Shown here piece after piece: positions 11,530 to 25,967 of a stretch of DNA of 64,000 bases. A program made the translations under genes and the position numbers. The number at the start of each line of letters is the position of its first letter. Position 1 is the first letter of the stretch. A model generated the notes under the pieces. That model made no database searches. It was given only the letters and a program-made list of their open reading frames with translations, and was not told the DNA's origin. This DNA comes from Lytechinus pictus (lineage: Eukaryota): assembly GCF_037042905.1 (NCBI RefSeq), contig NC_087245.1, positions 20,710,001 through 20,774,000 of the forward strand. Reading direction: 5' to 3'.

Positions 11530-12885
11530 CTGCATGATGCTTACCATTTTCATCGGTCTTGCATGCACTTCTCATAAAGTGCTGAGCTGATTTAAATTCC
11601 ATATACATTGTAGGTAATAAAAATACCAAAAAATGGTACACAAATTTGAAGGAAAATACCAAATAATAGTATCGTTATCATTTGTAAAATTTTATTCACA
11701 AAAAAATCTCCACAACTGTTTGAATTTGTTTTTTATTAAATGGGCAGTTTTCGTCATTAATCTTCCTTGCCGCCCTTCACCATATTCGTCGACTTTGCCT
11801 GGTTCTCTAAACCACGATTCTTAGTTTCTCTAATTATTTTTTTGTTTGGTCATTTCAATTTATAATGCGATACATTTTTTTAGACGACGAGTACAATTCA
11901 ATAACGGAAATAAATTAACATTTTAGTATAATCTGACGTCAAGCGGAATTGATGATTGCATTATCATTTTATCCTCATAAATCATGCGTCAATATGCTTT
12001 TCATTCAAGATCATCAATTAGAATCATTGACTTAACTCTTACAGTACATACCCAAAGGTTATATGAGTTTAAGAGAGATAGAGAGAGAAAAAAAACGTCT
12101 TTACCGCAATAAGTTGTATCCATACGAAAATTGATTCCTCTTCAAATTCCGGATTTGTGCATTATTGATTTTTTTTTTATCTTCATGTTTTATGCCTCTT
12201 TTGGTTACTACTGCTTTGAGGTAAGTAAAGATTTATGCCATATTGAAACGTCTGTTTGACAAAAAAAAAGTTACGATGTATCCTAGCTGAGATTTGAAAT
12301 ATGATACTACATCCTCTGAAGAAAAAAAATCATAATCACAATCGTTTTGCTAGGCGAAATTTTAAGAAATTTAAACTCTTTCATTGTTTTGTTCACACAT
12401 TCATACGTATTATAAAATCTCGCTTTTGTAACAAACTAGAGATAATATTGTAATAATGATCTGAATCAGTATCAATTATGGTTGATGAAATAATTGTTTT
12501 ATGTAAATATGATGCATATAACTATTTCATCTAATATTTCCATTAAAGATTTTCAGTCATTTACTTGTTCATTGTACTCTTTTGAAATCATATCAATTAA
12601 ATGATTTCTCCCGTCAAATAGGATGTTTTTTAATTCTTTTCTTCCTCTCTTTTTTTTTTAAATAATCGTTCATTTTCCTTTTCCATGCAATATTGAAAAT
12701 GGGAAGTGACGCAAAAGTGCTCTCAGAAAAGAAGGTTATGTAGTAAAGCGCGAGATAATTAGATTTACCGGAACAATACGTGCTGTTGTGGTTTCTTAGC
12801 TATATTTTTACGATCATTATAATTCATATGTGACGTGATGATGAAGGCATCTTTCATCGTTATAACCACTTCAAGGTCACTCAAT

Positions 12886-14356
12886 CAGACGCGTAGCAAG
12901 GGGCGCGGTGGGGGCGGTCGCCCCCCCCCCCAAAAAAAAAAAAAACGTCCCCAAAAAAGACAAAAAAAGAGAAAAAGAAAAAGCGAAGGAAGAAAGGGAA
13001 AGACGGGTATAGCATTAATTGTTTTTCCTTCTTGTTTTTTTGTCAATAGAATGAAAACCTAAACGAGACGTTAATTCTTCCCTCTCTTTATACAAAAAAA
13101 AATCAAATTTGCCATTTCCCTTTGTTTTTCACACCTTATTTCTACTCCGTTTTTACCCTCCCCAGCTATGCGACTCGTGTGTTTCTTTCCAGAAATTATC
13201 AAATATATTGGTTTATAGTGTTAAAAGTATTTCTTTAAATTGAATCTTCTGATAGGAGCGGATAAACACGACCGCCACTAACCGAGTCCCCATTATGCCA
13301 TTTCTTCCGCTTTTCAGCAAGCGATTTTGGCAAGTATCTGCTCAAAGGGACAGACATTAAACTCGTGCTAAGCTATATGCAAAAGTATATACGATGAATG
13401 ATATCGCTGCACATCAATCTCCTGTCTTGTTTTGCGCCATTAATTTGAAATTTTGAATCTCACTGAAGTTTCTTAATCATACAAAAGGAGGCACTTCATA
13501 ATCATGAGCGTAATTTTTTTCTTATAAAATAAATCAGAGGTTTCCGTACCTCGCGTGCATGAGAAAGGAAATATCCCTCTTCTAGCTTGCATCATCCCAT
13601 TTTTAGCTCTTCTTTCTTCATAATCGAGTGATATAATATAAGAAATATCAAAATCAAGCAGATCAAGGTATCACAGAAATTTCGAAATTTCAGAGCTTCA
13701 ACGCCATTTGCGGGAATGAATATTTCCTCCCTTCACGTCTTATACTCTGTTTTGCAAGTTAAAGAAAAATAATGTGGCTAAATTTTTGCTATCAAATCTG
13801 ATCTGACCAAGTAGCCATTTCATGCCACTTCTGGGGAGCGTTTGTTTGGACGTTTTATCCGACAAGTCCCATTTTATCCGACAGTTACCATAGGAACAGT
13901 GCCTCTCAGCCAATCAAAATCATGGAAAGATGTCAGATCTGACAACTTGTCGGATGAAAATATTCATGAAACGCTCCCCTGTTCTCAATTTTATAAAGCG
14001 TTTTAGCGTCAGCGCTTCTCGCGGGAAGAGGAATTATTTCAAATTCCTCAATCTTTTCCCATTTTGAGGCGCTTATAATTTCTTCCAAAAACTGGTTTAT
14101 TTAATCACAGCAAGTCAATATAATTCGAGTTGATAAGGGTACTAGAGACGCAAGAGCCGTCTTCTTTTGATTTGAATTTGATGAATAATCGAAAACTTCG
14201 CATTTCGCGCGGGAGGGGGAGTCCCCCTTGCACCCCCCCCCCCCCCTCCCCTAGGGAGTGTTTTTCGCGCGCTCTGTAAGTGTTGGCACCAAAGACGTTA
14301 TGATTTAATTATCTACGAGACTGCCCCTTCAAAATTAGATCCTTGATACGCGGTTG
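12886..14356. mobile_element. Non-autonomous hAT-like element (~1.47 kb)
   Basis: Imperfect TIR CAGACGCGTAGCAAGG / CCTTGATACGCGGTTG; exact 8-bp TSD cactcaat at 12878-12885 and 14357-14364. Confidence 0.75.
13834..13978. mobile_element. Harbinger/PIF-like MITE nested in 12886-14356
   Basis: TIR GGGAGCGTTT / AAACGCTCCC with CTG on both sides; second copy at 23521-23689. Confidence 0.7.
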
Positions 14357-15366
14357 CACTCAATGAACTTTCGGTATGATGTTGACCACAAATTAGTATG
14401 TCATAATGATGATTGTTTGCATACCTAGTTTTATTTAAACCAGTAGCGTGACGAGCCAAAACTGTTAAGGGGGCCAGACTGTGCATATAGGGCATAATTT
14501 CTGAAAACTGCGAGCGAGCAAAGCGAGTAAGCAAATATATTGAATGGACATGATGGCTCAGTGGTAGAGCGCCCGCCCTATAAATCGACCCCTGACATAT
14601 TAACCAACTCATGTTTGAGTGGTAAAGACGATATCTCTTCAATTGCCTTCTAACTCTCGAAGAGTGAGCCAAACCATCGTTCAAATATAAATCCGAAGAT
14701 TCCAAGCGAGCGTAATGAAAATTTGTTCGTTACTTAGCAACCTGATAGTTTTTATCTGCTGTATAAGCTAAATCCACGCGCGCTCGACATGAAAGTCCCT
14801 ATTTGAATCATGGGTTCGAGTCCAGGTTAGAATTGCGGTGTAGTTCTCGTTTTTTTTCTGAATTCAAAGGATTCGGTGAAAGTTTTCCGTCCTCACCTTA
14901 TAAGGTTTTATCCCTTATAAACTTCTTGAGAACTTCGGAGTTCGATTATGTAGACCCTATAATATCTTGTTCGCTCGTTTATCATGTGTATAGGGAGGTT
15001 TATGGGGATACCGAGTTTCATGAAGTCTTGCCATGACATTTACCTTTGTCAACAATTGACGGAAACGTTTGACCTTTGACATGGCTTTTATACGATTAAA
15101 TGATTGAATAATGGCCAGAATAAATGATTTCGTGAAAGTGATCATCCTTTTTTTTCTCTCTTTTTTTAATTCAATATTAGTCAGGATATAAGTAGTATTA
15201 ATAGTTATCATAATAAGCGTGTCGAATAATACTGCATTAATACTGTGCTGTACTTTTCTGATCCATTTTTACATGAATTAGGGCAATTAATACAGCATAT
15301 TTGCAAAGAAAATGTAGGGGAAAAAAACCAAAATAGTAATATTCAAACAATGATTTTAGAATCAAT

Positions 15367-15657
15367 GGAGCGTTGTGGCCCGGTGGATTAGTCTTCTGAC
15401 TTTGAAACAGAGGGCCGTGGGTTCGAATGGCGTAATTTCCTTCAGCAAGAAACTCATCCACATTGTGCTGCACTCAACCCAGGTGAGGTGAATGGGTACC
15501 CGGTAGGAAGAAATTACTTGAATGCTTGAGCGCCTATATAGGCAGCTCAGCTAAAGCCGGGGTAATAATAATAGCAGGGCCCGCTGGTAGAACAGTTTTC
15601 GAAACTGAAGTGGCTACCCTGGGTAAATATACCTATATTATTATTATTATTATTATA
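15367..15657 (+). mobile_element. tRNA-derived SINE
   Basis: A box TGGCCCGGTGG, B box GGTTCGAAT, central domain shared with other copies in the window, (TAT)n tail. Confidence 0.75.
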
Positions 15658-16609
15658 TTTAATATACTAAAATTCTCAAACGATATTTTTCAATATTTTC
15701 AAACGAGACGAAAATTGGGGCTCGACATTTAGGAAATATATTAATACGAACTAATACGTATGACCGGTAAAGGACATGCTGTATAAATGATAGAATGAAA
15801 ATAAACGTAATCTCATTGATTCAGTTTATCTTCCATTCTTATCACGAGATGAAGATATACTCCGAAATATATTTCGACCAACCAAATATTATAACAAGTT
15901 GAAATCTGACAAAGATTTGACAAATCTGACAAGAAATGACTTACCCCTCTTCGTCGAAAAGAAGAACACGCATTCCGTGAGAATCATACAAAGACTGTCA
16001 TCTCATCCCGCAAGTGATTTGGTGTATGTCAACTCTTGAAGAACTGTAAAACTCCTCGTTGTTTCACCTCTGCAACTTAAATATACAATGCGTAACGTCT
16101 GTTGAACGCGCACGTTCCTATAATACCGAAAACATTGAAATATTCATTTACATCAGTGTAAATTGTTTCCTGCTCATCAGCACCCTTCTTCAACCCTCAA
16201 AACACTTTCTCGGAGAAAGGGGGACTACCTTGAAGGGGGGGGGGTGCATGGAGACATTGAATGCCCACCTTTCATTGTTCATTGATTTAACCACCGGAGG
16301 AAAGGGTCTGGAATTGAGTAGGATGCAGTAAAGTAAATCAGGATGGTATCAATGCTTGAGCTGAAATATCGAAGTTTAAGCCCCCCCCCCTTCATTTCCC
16401 CACCGATCAAGCGCTATGGTACTAAAATAAATGTAATATCTTACTTGAGACAAATTGGGGATGTTCGTACAAACCACACCTTACGGGGGATATTCCTTTA
16501 TCTTAACAATTACTTTGTTTCAACGGTCATAATTTCATTTCATTGATATTATAAATCATGCATATTCTGCCATTATTACTATTATTATTTTTTTTTTTGG
16601 GGGGGGGGG

Positions 16610-16799
16610 AATAATAATAAAAGGCATTTATATGGCGCCATCTAATAAGCTATTTCGAGGCGCATTGTTATTTATTATTATATACCGCGAGCTGCCTTTA
16701 GTGCTCAGTGCTGAAGGAAAACACGCCATGACTGGGATTCGAATCCACGTCCCTGTTATTGAAAGACGAGAGTCGTAACCACAACACCATGGCGACCCC
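16610..16799 (-). mobile_element. Internally deleted tRNA-derived SINE
   Basis: On the minus strand: GGGGTCGCCATGGTGTTGTGGTTACG (A-box-like), GGATTCGAATCCC (B-box-like), (TAT)n tail toward 16610. Confidence 0.55.
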
Positions 16800-16925
16800 A
16801 CTTGATTCAAGAGCCAGTTTCTATCTCCATGCGTGATTTTGATTTGCCATTTTCCCATTATCAACTATACGAATAAAAAAAGCGTCGAGTACAAGTAAAC
16901 CCTCCCAATCATTTATACCTGATCC

Positions 16926-18047
16926 CAGTGGCGTACCGTGGGTCAAGGCATGGGGGGGGGGGCACCAGCAAAAATTTTGAGTCACTTAGTGAGCGCACGA
17001 AGCGCTCTCAGTTGCCAGGTATTCTGACCTAATAGAGACACTGATTTTAAGGACAATACGGATATATGTATCTCACTGGCCAAATAATGGGAGCGCGAAG
17101 CGCGAGCTGAAAATGTTTGATATTCAGACCTAATAAGGGACATTATAATCAAATTTTTGTAATCATAATACGTATATCTGTCTCGCTAAACAATGCGAGC
17201 GCGAAGCGCGAGCTGAAATTTTTGTATATATTGACCCCAAACAGGGAGATTTTAAGGACTATATTTTAGGAATCCAGTAAAAGTACACAAATCTCACCAT
17301 AGTCATCTAATGCGAGTGTCAAGCGCTTGCTGAAGTTTGTTGGAATAACATCTAAACACATGAAGCACTTTTTTGTAGTCATTGTAATCATGATTATCAT
17401 ACGCATCTCACTAATCAAATATTGCGAGCGCGAAGCGCGAGCTGAAAATTTAGATAATTCAGACCAGAAGTGGGAGCATTCTAAGGCTTGCTTGTAGGAA
17501 TTCAGACCATACGTATTTCACTAACCAATCGATGCGAGCGCGAAGCGCGAGCCGAAAATTTTTGATATTCAGATGAGAAAAAGGGACATTTTAAGGACTT
17601 ATTTTAGGAATTCATGGAGGGCAGACATATCTCACCAATCCACTAATGCGAACGTAATCACGGACAGGAAATGTTTTTTTTATTAAGACCTTAACATGGG
17701 GCAATCACTTTAAGGAGTCATGAAAAATAAACATATGTCACTACATTAAACAATAACTCGAAGTGCGAGGAAATATATTTGGTGTATATTAATGCGAGCA
17801 CCAGGAACAATGAAAACATAGGCCCTGAGCAAATTATGTTTCATAAAGTTATGATAAAAATGTCTGTTAGGTAATGTAACATAACATAATAATCATATAA
17901 CATTATAATGAATGATAATGTCTTCTTTCCTACTACGTTTCTCTATTTTTCTCCCTCTTTTTCTCCTTTTCCCCGTTTTTTTTTTGGTCAGCCGATTGGG
18001 GGGCACGTGCCCCCCCCCATGCCCCCCCCCCCGTAGTTACGCCACTG
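16926..18047. mobile_element. Non-autonomous hAT-like element with ~105-120-bp sub-repeats
   Basis: TIR CAGTGGCGTA / TACGCCACTG; flanks cctgatcc and (cgg)gctgatcc; repeated GCGAGCGCGAAGCGCGAGC motif. Confidence 0.8.
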
Positions 18048-19887
18048 CGGGCTGATCCATAAAACAAATATTGTCTAATCACATGCGAGATTTGATTTAT
18101 ATTTGCATACTTCATCACACGCCATATACAAACCTACCTCCATCTGAATTACTGATTAATAAAGGCTCACTTGAAACGTGATTCCAAGACTTCATTCCAA
18201 CTTAAGAAATAATCTTTAAGCATAGTTACAGTTTTTCCGTTGTTATTTTTTTCATACAGCCTTATAGTTCAGTCTTTTCGTGTAATATACTAATTCAAGT
18301 TATTTGACTTCAACCCACGAATGTGGATTCCGGTGTTTTCATGAATTTTATTTCAAAAGTAATGGATATGAAATGAATATCACAAATTGAAAGCGGTAAC
18401 TAGGTCGAGATATGAAAAGGTTCAGTTGGCCACACATTTTCTTGCTCGGTTTTCTTCGCTGATTTAATATATATACTTACTCGTCATTATTACTTTGTTG
18501 TAATGATTGAGGTGTAGTTAATCATAAATTGGTCCTCGAACTTTCAATGTAACTCGGACAGAATCTTATTCGTCTTTATTGAATATACACAAATATAGTG
18601 TATTTTTTACAAAATGCTTTACCATAACTCTGATTTATCTTTCCATCTTTCAGGGTTTTATCGAAGGGAATGATTAGCTTTATAGGTTCTAAAGTTATAT
18701 CAGTAATAGTTGGAAATTAAAAAAGGAAAAAAAGAGTGAATTGACATACATAGGCGAGATCGGAATAAATATGGGGACGAAAGAGACCTGTTAACAAAAT
18801 AAAATTATACAGAAAGTTATATGTTATTCAGCGAGAACCGTAGGAGGAAAGACTCAAGAGAAAGTATTAATTCATATAATCTACATGGGCTGAACGAAAT
18901 CACACTTGGGTTCCGTTTACAAATTGTTCAGGATTTTGCCCTGCTTCCTTCAAACCAAAAGTCATGAATTACAAAATAACACACAAGGTAATTAATTCTT
19001 ATAATCATATTGAAAAAAAAATAGGGGAATATAGCTTCAAGATAATTGAATAATGTTCTTTGTTCTTCATTCTACTTATTTTTTGTATGCGACAGATTTA
19101 TTTGCAATTGGTCTTGCTTACTCGTGGTCAATGAGACTGATGACGATCCCATGATTTTTTTTGTTTTTGTTTCGAAGCGCATCATTATGGCCAGAGGGAA
19201 AAAACAATTTTTAAATGTTCTCCGCCATCAAAAGGAGTCCCGAAGCTTAAAAATCTGCGTAGGGACAGGGGATAGAGGAACCTTGACAATAACCAAACAC
19301 TGCTCTTTTTACTGCGCCGGCTTTGTCTTTTCTGCTTTGACGAGCCGTATTTCCGCCTCTTTCCTTCGTCATCATTTCAGTGTTTGTTTTTTTAATTCTG
19401 TTTTATTTTTATTTTCGCGGACGGAAGCGAGCAGTAATGAGTTTTTTTCTCTACCCATTTTATTCCTGTGGAATATTTCTCTTTTAGACATATTGTATTT
19501 TATTGATTTCAAAATAATGCAAGCATTTATATAGCAATTTTATGTACTCCTATATTGAATTAAGACTAAAAGTACACGTTGGTTAAAAAAAGATATAAAG
19601 AATCGTTGTTGGGAAATTCATATCACTTCAGAAATAAAGGAGAATAACAAAAATTTGGTAGCGTTGTTTCAAGTTATTTTGTTTTAAAAGAAAATTTTAT
19701 AAAATTTAATGAAGCGAATGATGTAATATCTTGGTGCTGAGTTTGATTATTTTGAAGTCAGTATAATGTAAATTCCACGTTTCAGATACCATTTGTACTT
19801 TTTTTTTTTATGCCTATTTAGGAAATTAAAAAAATCAACGGCTTATCTTCAAATGCATGTGCGTTATACTGTAGTGCAGAAGACCTG

Positions 19888-20064
19888 GCGGTGTTCAAGA
19901 TGTTCGTAAGTTAAGAGCGACTTTAAGAACGACTGGTGATCCTTCCTTATGGTAAATGATATTCACCATTAATGTTCATTGGTGATTATTTAGCACGTAA
20001 GAAAGGTTCACCAGTCGTTCTGAAAGTCGTTCTCAACTTACGAACAGCTTTATGAAACGGCCCC
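19888..20064. mobile_element. Palindromic Harbinger-like MITE
   Basis: Long internal inverted repeat gttcgtaagttaagagcgactttaagaacgactggtga / tcaccagtcgttctgaaagtcgttctcaacttacgaac; CTG on both sides. Confidence 0.7.
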
Positions 20065-20482
20065 CTGTTATTGGATTGTGTTTTAAATCTATACTTAATT
20101 ACTTTAGGCGAAAATAATGTAAATGTCGTACTAAGCCCATTAGGGGACTGATACTACATTACCTATATATTATTATGAATGAATAAAAATACTTATTGAT
20201 GCTATTTTTTATGATGCGAATATAAAGCTGAATAGGATGTGCATCTTACTTTTAAGAACGTTTATAAGATTCATTTTCTACAATAAGTACCCTTGGAATA
20301 ACATGCTAGGTCCTTTTTTTTTTTGGGGGGGGGGTAAAGGCCTATAGATAATTCCATTTAATTTTACTAACGTTATTTTTATTTCTTTATTGTGCACACA
20401 TTAGTTGAATGTATTAGAGCATTGTCGATTAAATGCCTTGCCCGCGGGCTAATGTAGGTGCCGTACCGGGATCAATCCCCTG

Positions 20483-20650
20483 GTGGGTGTTTCACAAAGC
20501 TGTTCGTAAGTTAAGAGCGACTTTAAGAACGACTGGTGATCCTTTCTTGTTTATGGTAGATTCATTGGCGATGGTTTAGCGCATATACGAGAAAGGATCA
20601 CCAGTCGTTCTTAAAGTCGCTCTTAACTTACGAACAGCTTTATGAAACGG
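20483..20650. mobile_element. Second copy of the palindromic MITE, inserted in a minus-strand SINE remnant (~20420-20700)
   Basis: Near-perfect hairpin matching 19888-20064; flanks read as a SINE head on the minus strand (GAGGTGCCGTGGCCGAGTG). Confidence 0.65.
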
Positions 20651-23520
20651 AGTCTAACGGACCCTATTTTCATGTGTCTAGCACTCGGCCACGGCACCTC
20701 CACAAAAATAGAAACAGTATATAGAAACCAAAATTGATTTGATTTTTTAAATCGCCGTTTACCCCCTCGTTTTATTTTTCTCAGTGTGTAAATCAAATGG
20801 TTGGTGAAGATTATTTTGTTAGTACTCGCATTTTGTCATCATTATTTATAAAAAGAATGTCGTAGATAATATCCGAATCAAGTTTATAATGTATCAATAT
20901 CAGTAAAAAAAAATGTATTGATTGAATAATCCTTGCGCTTTCTTTTCCTTTGATATCATATTACTTTCAAAAGAAAAGCATATACTAAGTGACATTTCAT
21001 GCTTAAGGAAGCATGAACTAAGGGAATATCTCTATCTTTTTGTTTGTTTTTCTATCAACACGACAATCTGCGGGAGTTATTTTAGTTATAGACACAGTAT
21101 TTCGTTGTGTGAAAAAAAAGATATTCGCATTTGACATATTAAAAAGTTCGCATGACCGTGCTGAGATAAAGAAGAACTCCCAGCTAAGTTGGCGCCATGA
21201 GCCTATAGGCAGCGGTGGAAGCAAGGGGCAGGTGCCTCAAGATTTTTTTTTACTGAATTTTTTTTATAAATTTCACAAAAAGTGTGCACAAAATCCTTCA
21301 ATGTCACTCAATGTCACTTTAGAAAATGCAAAGCGCCCCCATGACAAGCTCAATTGCAGGATTTCTTCGAAAATTTCTGTGCGTTTTGCCCCACCCCCCT
21401 TCCTGTCAGATAATACATTCTTTTTCCGTGTGGCCATGGTTGTCGTAAATGTTGCGCACAGGCCATCATAATGAAGGATTTCAGTAGATTTTGACCGTTA
21501 TTGCAAATTTGTTGTAATAACAAGTTTTATGAAACGGGCCCTAGACAGACCAAAACTATTTGATATAGTAGTCATTCCAAGTCATACCAACCACCAATCC
21601 AAACAGTGATATGCCATTACAGATATTATAGAATAGCTTTAATCCTTCTGAATCTGACTTCCTTTGCTGTGACCAGTGTAGCACAATATTTCAGTTTGCA
21701 AAAGTGCATAGTTTCCTTTTCAATCATTGTCTGTCTTTTTTTTTTAGCGCCAATATATGAATCGTTAAATAATGTATATTCATTGTATCATACTGAATAA
21801 CGCACATATTTGACTTGAAGATCCTAAAATCATGCTCGTGATTTATTAAGTTCTTGATTGGTATGCATCTAGGCCATTCATAGAAGTTCTTGTCATGCAT
21901 CCACTATGCATGCACTCTCAAGAAGTGGAGGCCTCTTTGATTTTGATGAAACGCCACGGGAGGTGGGGCGACCGCTCCCTTTTCCTTTTTAAGCTGTAAA
22001 AAAGAGAGAAAACGATGAAAAGGAGGAAGAAAATGGAAAAAGAAGAAACAATAGTATTAAGAATAGATTTGGGTAGTGTAACTTAATCTTGTCATTCAAT
22101 TTTGAAAATTACGTCAAATTTACGTCATCCCCTTATCAAATACCTTGGCGCCACCCCCGCTTTCGTCCAACTAATCTCCCCTTATAACATTTTTAATGTT
22201 TGTGAATATTTAGAGCTATCGTTTGGTCACCCCCTCTCTAGAAATAATAGGTACAGATGCTTAATTCTTACGTTATTTCTCTCTTCTCGCCTTCTCCTTA
22301 CTCGTCTTCTTGATATCCTACATGTCTGTCATTGATGGGTCATTATAACTATATCTTATTTCAGGCCTATCATGGGTTATCAGATACTATGTAACATGTT
22401 TTCGTATCATCGCAATCGATGCTTCATGTAATATGGTTTAATATACCAGCCATCCTATCGATGCCATCATGCTATTAACAATCGGATGACATTGGTTAGC
22501 CATTAATGTACACTTTCTTTAGTCCTCATGCACTCCACTTTCTCTCTATTCTTATTTCAATCTTCTTGATCTTACTAAGATTACTTTCGCACGTCGTTGG
22601 TAACATGAAGCAGGGCCAACGGAAGTTGACTTGGGTATAGTGGGAAAGTGACCTCGTGAAGATTATATTTCAATTTATCAATGGAAATATTTGGAACATT
22701 ATTTATAAGACTTGGACTTGGTACTTTCTCACAATAGATCCTTTTCATATTTTTTTTTTTTTCGTTTTCCCTTTTCTCCTGTATTCTTCCTGTAGCCTCG
22801 ATGATTATACAAAGTGCATGGGTGTGGTGCTGTATACGTCACATTGTTATTTTCCATTTTCGCCCTTGAGAAAAAAAATCAATATGGGCAGGTCCGTGTA
22901 AAGGGATACTCCATCTTCATATGAAGTTGAGTTAAATAACAGGTGAATGAAGAGAACACTTCTACATAAAGGCTATAACAACAGCATGATCAAGAAAAAA
23001 AAAAGATATTTACGTCATTTTGACGTTTTGCGTCTCTCTTCGTGAAAAGTGTCATGCGCAGCTTGACTTGTTCGCAAATTTGATTATGTCGCTTGGGTAT
23101 CTTAATGAAAAACAATTCCAATGGATTTTCTAAGAATTTCTCATTTGTGTCAAAATAATTCTTATATGATCTTTTACATTGTCTAGAATGCAAATGTATG
23201 TTCAATGTATACTCTTACGAGTTTCTCATAATTTGTGTCATTAGTTTAGAGTTTTCATGAAAAAAAATGCGTCATTGTTTTTAACATATTTGGCTAATTT
23301 TTTAATCGTTTCGTAGATGAAGTGTGGCAGCTTGTGTTTTCATATAGAGAATGACTGGATAAATAACAAATATGTGTAATTTGGGACCCCCATAACTTAT
23401 TTATTTGAATTGTACGCATGGCTAGTTTTTGAAAATGCAAGATCCCTTTCTAGAAATTTTTTTTTTTTCAGAATTTATGCTTATATAAACTCGCTTGGGT
23501 ATACTAATCTATTAGAACTG

Positions 23521-23689
23521 GGGAGCGTTTCATGCAAGGGCTTGTCGGAGATTTATCCGGCATATCCTGTTTTATCCGACATAAACCATAGTAACTACAG
23601 CAACCGTGGTAGCTTCTCAGCCAATCAAAATCAATAAATGTTGTCAGATCCGACAAGTTGTCGGACAAATATCTTGATGAACGGCTCCC
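23521..23689. mobile_element. Harbinger-like MITE, same family as 13834-13978
   Basis: GGGAGCGTTTCAT ... ATGAACGGCTCCC; shared core ctcagccaatcaaaatca and ttgtcgga repeats. Confidence 0.65.
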
Positions 23690-23971
23690 AATCCTCCCAT
23701 GGAAACCTACAAAACATGTGGCGAAGAAACAACAACAATGTACAACCTGTATTCCTATAATCTACTTAAACATATTCAGTAGACATCCTAAAATGATACG
23801 AGTTGCATTACGCATATTGGGTGAGATGGTGAACGTGATAATTCTTAGTTGTAGCCCTGTATTATTGTAGCCTTATCTACATTGATCTTTATAATACGTT
23901 ACTTAATTATTAATATTAACATAACAAACTATATTTCTATAACAAAAATTCCTCCTATTTAAAACACTTCT

Positions 23972-24004
<33 letters not shown>

Positions 24005-25109
24005 GGTTATTTATATGCGCTATACACAAAAAGTATCACAGCGCTTACAATTGTCAGAAATAAAATATAAATATTGATTTTCTTCTTCAATGTTGCAAGC
24101 CGACCTCTTTTATTGACTCTAACTTTAAAAAACTGGTCTTTTGAAATATTGACACGACACATGGATCTCTAACCTTTGCTCCGATATATACCTTATTTCT
24201 TTCCTGTAAGCATTCGCAATGTACAATAAAATATTTTAAAAGACATTCAAGCATATTATAAAACTTCTTTTAAGAATAGTGTGCGAAGTTCATACGTTAA
24301 AATGATTCAATTAAAGAATACATAATGTAGTTATTCCAAAGAAAGAGAAAAGAAGAAGCCTCATGAATATGAATTAACAATTTGTTGAATTGGAGAAAGT
24401 ATACTCTTTCTAAATAAAAGTGTGACTGTTTCGTATCGTTCGTCATTATGTCGGTGGAGCGAAATGTTTGAACGTGGTCAAAAAGAGAGGGAAAGGTAAA
24501 ATACAATAACAAATGAACTAAAGTAAAAATGGTCATGACATTGACAAAGGAAATTTCCATCCTATAAGAATCGCAGTCATTTTTTACAATTTTTTCGTCC
24601 GTCGGTCAAATGGCATTACCTTGAAGAACAATTGATGCCTCAATGTAAACACATACACATAAAATCAAACCGGTCGCTCAAGGATTATTTAAAAAGAAAA
24701 ACTACACACGCTGTAACGAATTTGTAAACCCAAGATGACTTTAATCATGATTTAAGAATGAAGCGCACATTTCAATATCATTAAGTAAATAATATCAAGT
24801 AGCTGCGTTGGCGATGACACTAATGATGAGATGGTTATATTTGGTCACATTGAAAATGCCTTCATTTTATTGATTTTCCTCAACAATGCTTGCTAATTTT
24901 CATCAAAGTTTCATTTCACAGCCAGGTTGCTAAGAGACTACTGTAGATTTGATGTAACACTGCGATGTGTTTAAGAGAAGGATGTGACCATGTGAGTGAT
25001 TCGACTGACTGATTTACATATCTTTTCTTTTTGTGTTTTGGCAGGGTAGTGAACTTTGAAAAGTCCGTTTAAATTGAGCCCAGTAAGGCTTTGTTTCTAG
25101 CAGCCGCCT

Positions 25110-25430
25110 GTAAGCTGCGTTCTCTCAACTCTTAAGTATGGCTCCGATCCTCTGAGCTGAATGTTGGAGGATGACAAGATATGACCTTGAGAAGCTGCCA
25201 GGAACAAAAGCTTAGGACGTTAACGTAGCATCAAATAAAGAACTAGAAGCAAGACCCCGTCATAAAAAAACATGGAAGATACCTCCATTGAGGTAAAGTT
25301 GGATCGGACGTAGAAGCTGACACAACGAGGACAGCGCCGCAGTGGGCTCAAGAAGGAAGGAGAAAACGGGGCCAACCCCAAAACACCTGGTGACGGACCG
25401 TGGAAGGTGCACTGAAATGACTAACCTCCA
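25110..25430 (+). pseudogene. Decayed 3' end of an RTE-clade LINE ORF
   Basis: From 25322 translates TTRTAPQWAQEGRRKRGQPQNTW*RTVEGALK, resembling the RTE C-terminal W.P.GKRKRGRP..TWRRTVE motif; upstream SNKEL and WIG remnants. Confidence 0.6.
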
Positions 25431-25754
25431 AAGTTAGAAGTATTGCTATTTTGAGCTAGGATCGTATGATGTCGGATGATGGAAATTTGAACAAGAATTT
25501 ACTTGGAGAAAAGTTCAGGTCTTTTTTTAAAGATATTTGAATTAGTTGAAAGATATTAAGCAAAGAAAGAATTAAATGAAGGTGGGTCAATGCACATTAT
25601 GGAGGGTATTATTTTGCATATTGAAATAAAGTGTGTATCGAAATTTTGTTCACATTATAGAGTTTTATCTGAATTTTGATAAAGTCCACCCATGTGACAT
25701 TGATGATGTTAGTGGTGGTGATGATGATTGTGGTTAGGTTGCTGATAAACTGGT

Positions 25755-25967
25755 CAGGGGTGGATCCAGGATTTTCCAAAAGGGGGGGGGGGGCAAATGT
25801 TTTCGGAGGAAAAATTTGACAAGCAAAAAAAAAGATCTTCTTCAATTTCAAAAGAGGGGGAACACCTCTGTCTTAATGGCATCTTTACATTACAAATTTT
25901 AATTTTGCTTCTCAAAGGGGGGGGGGGCACGTGCCCGCTGTGCCCCCCTCCCCTGGATCCGCCAGTG
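25755..25967. mobile_element. hAT-like MITE
   Basis: CAGGGGTGGATCCAGG ... CCTGGATCCGCCAGTG; TSD aaactggt / aaactgtt (7 of 8 match); partial relative at ~30477-30680. Confidence 0.7.

Noticed and set aside
15367..15430. Independent tRNA gene
   Set aside because: The 3' side of the cloverleaf is missing and the sequence continues into a SINE body and (TAT)n tail
16991..17660. CRISPR-like array of conserved motif plus spacers
   Set aside because: Spacers are mutually homologous sub-repeats of a TIR element in eukaryotic DNA, and no cas genes are present
19046..19534. 162-aa ORF, and other 60-150-aa ORFs such as 21040-21471 and 57462-57908
   Set aside because: Low-complexity F/L/I-rich translations of AT-rich or repeat DNA, many with non-ATG starts, with no domain or splice support
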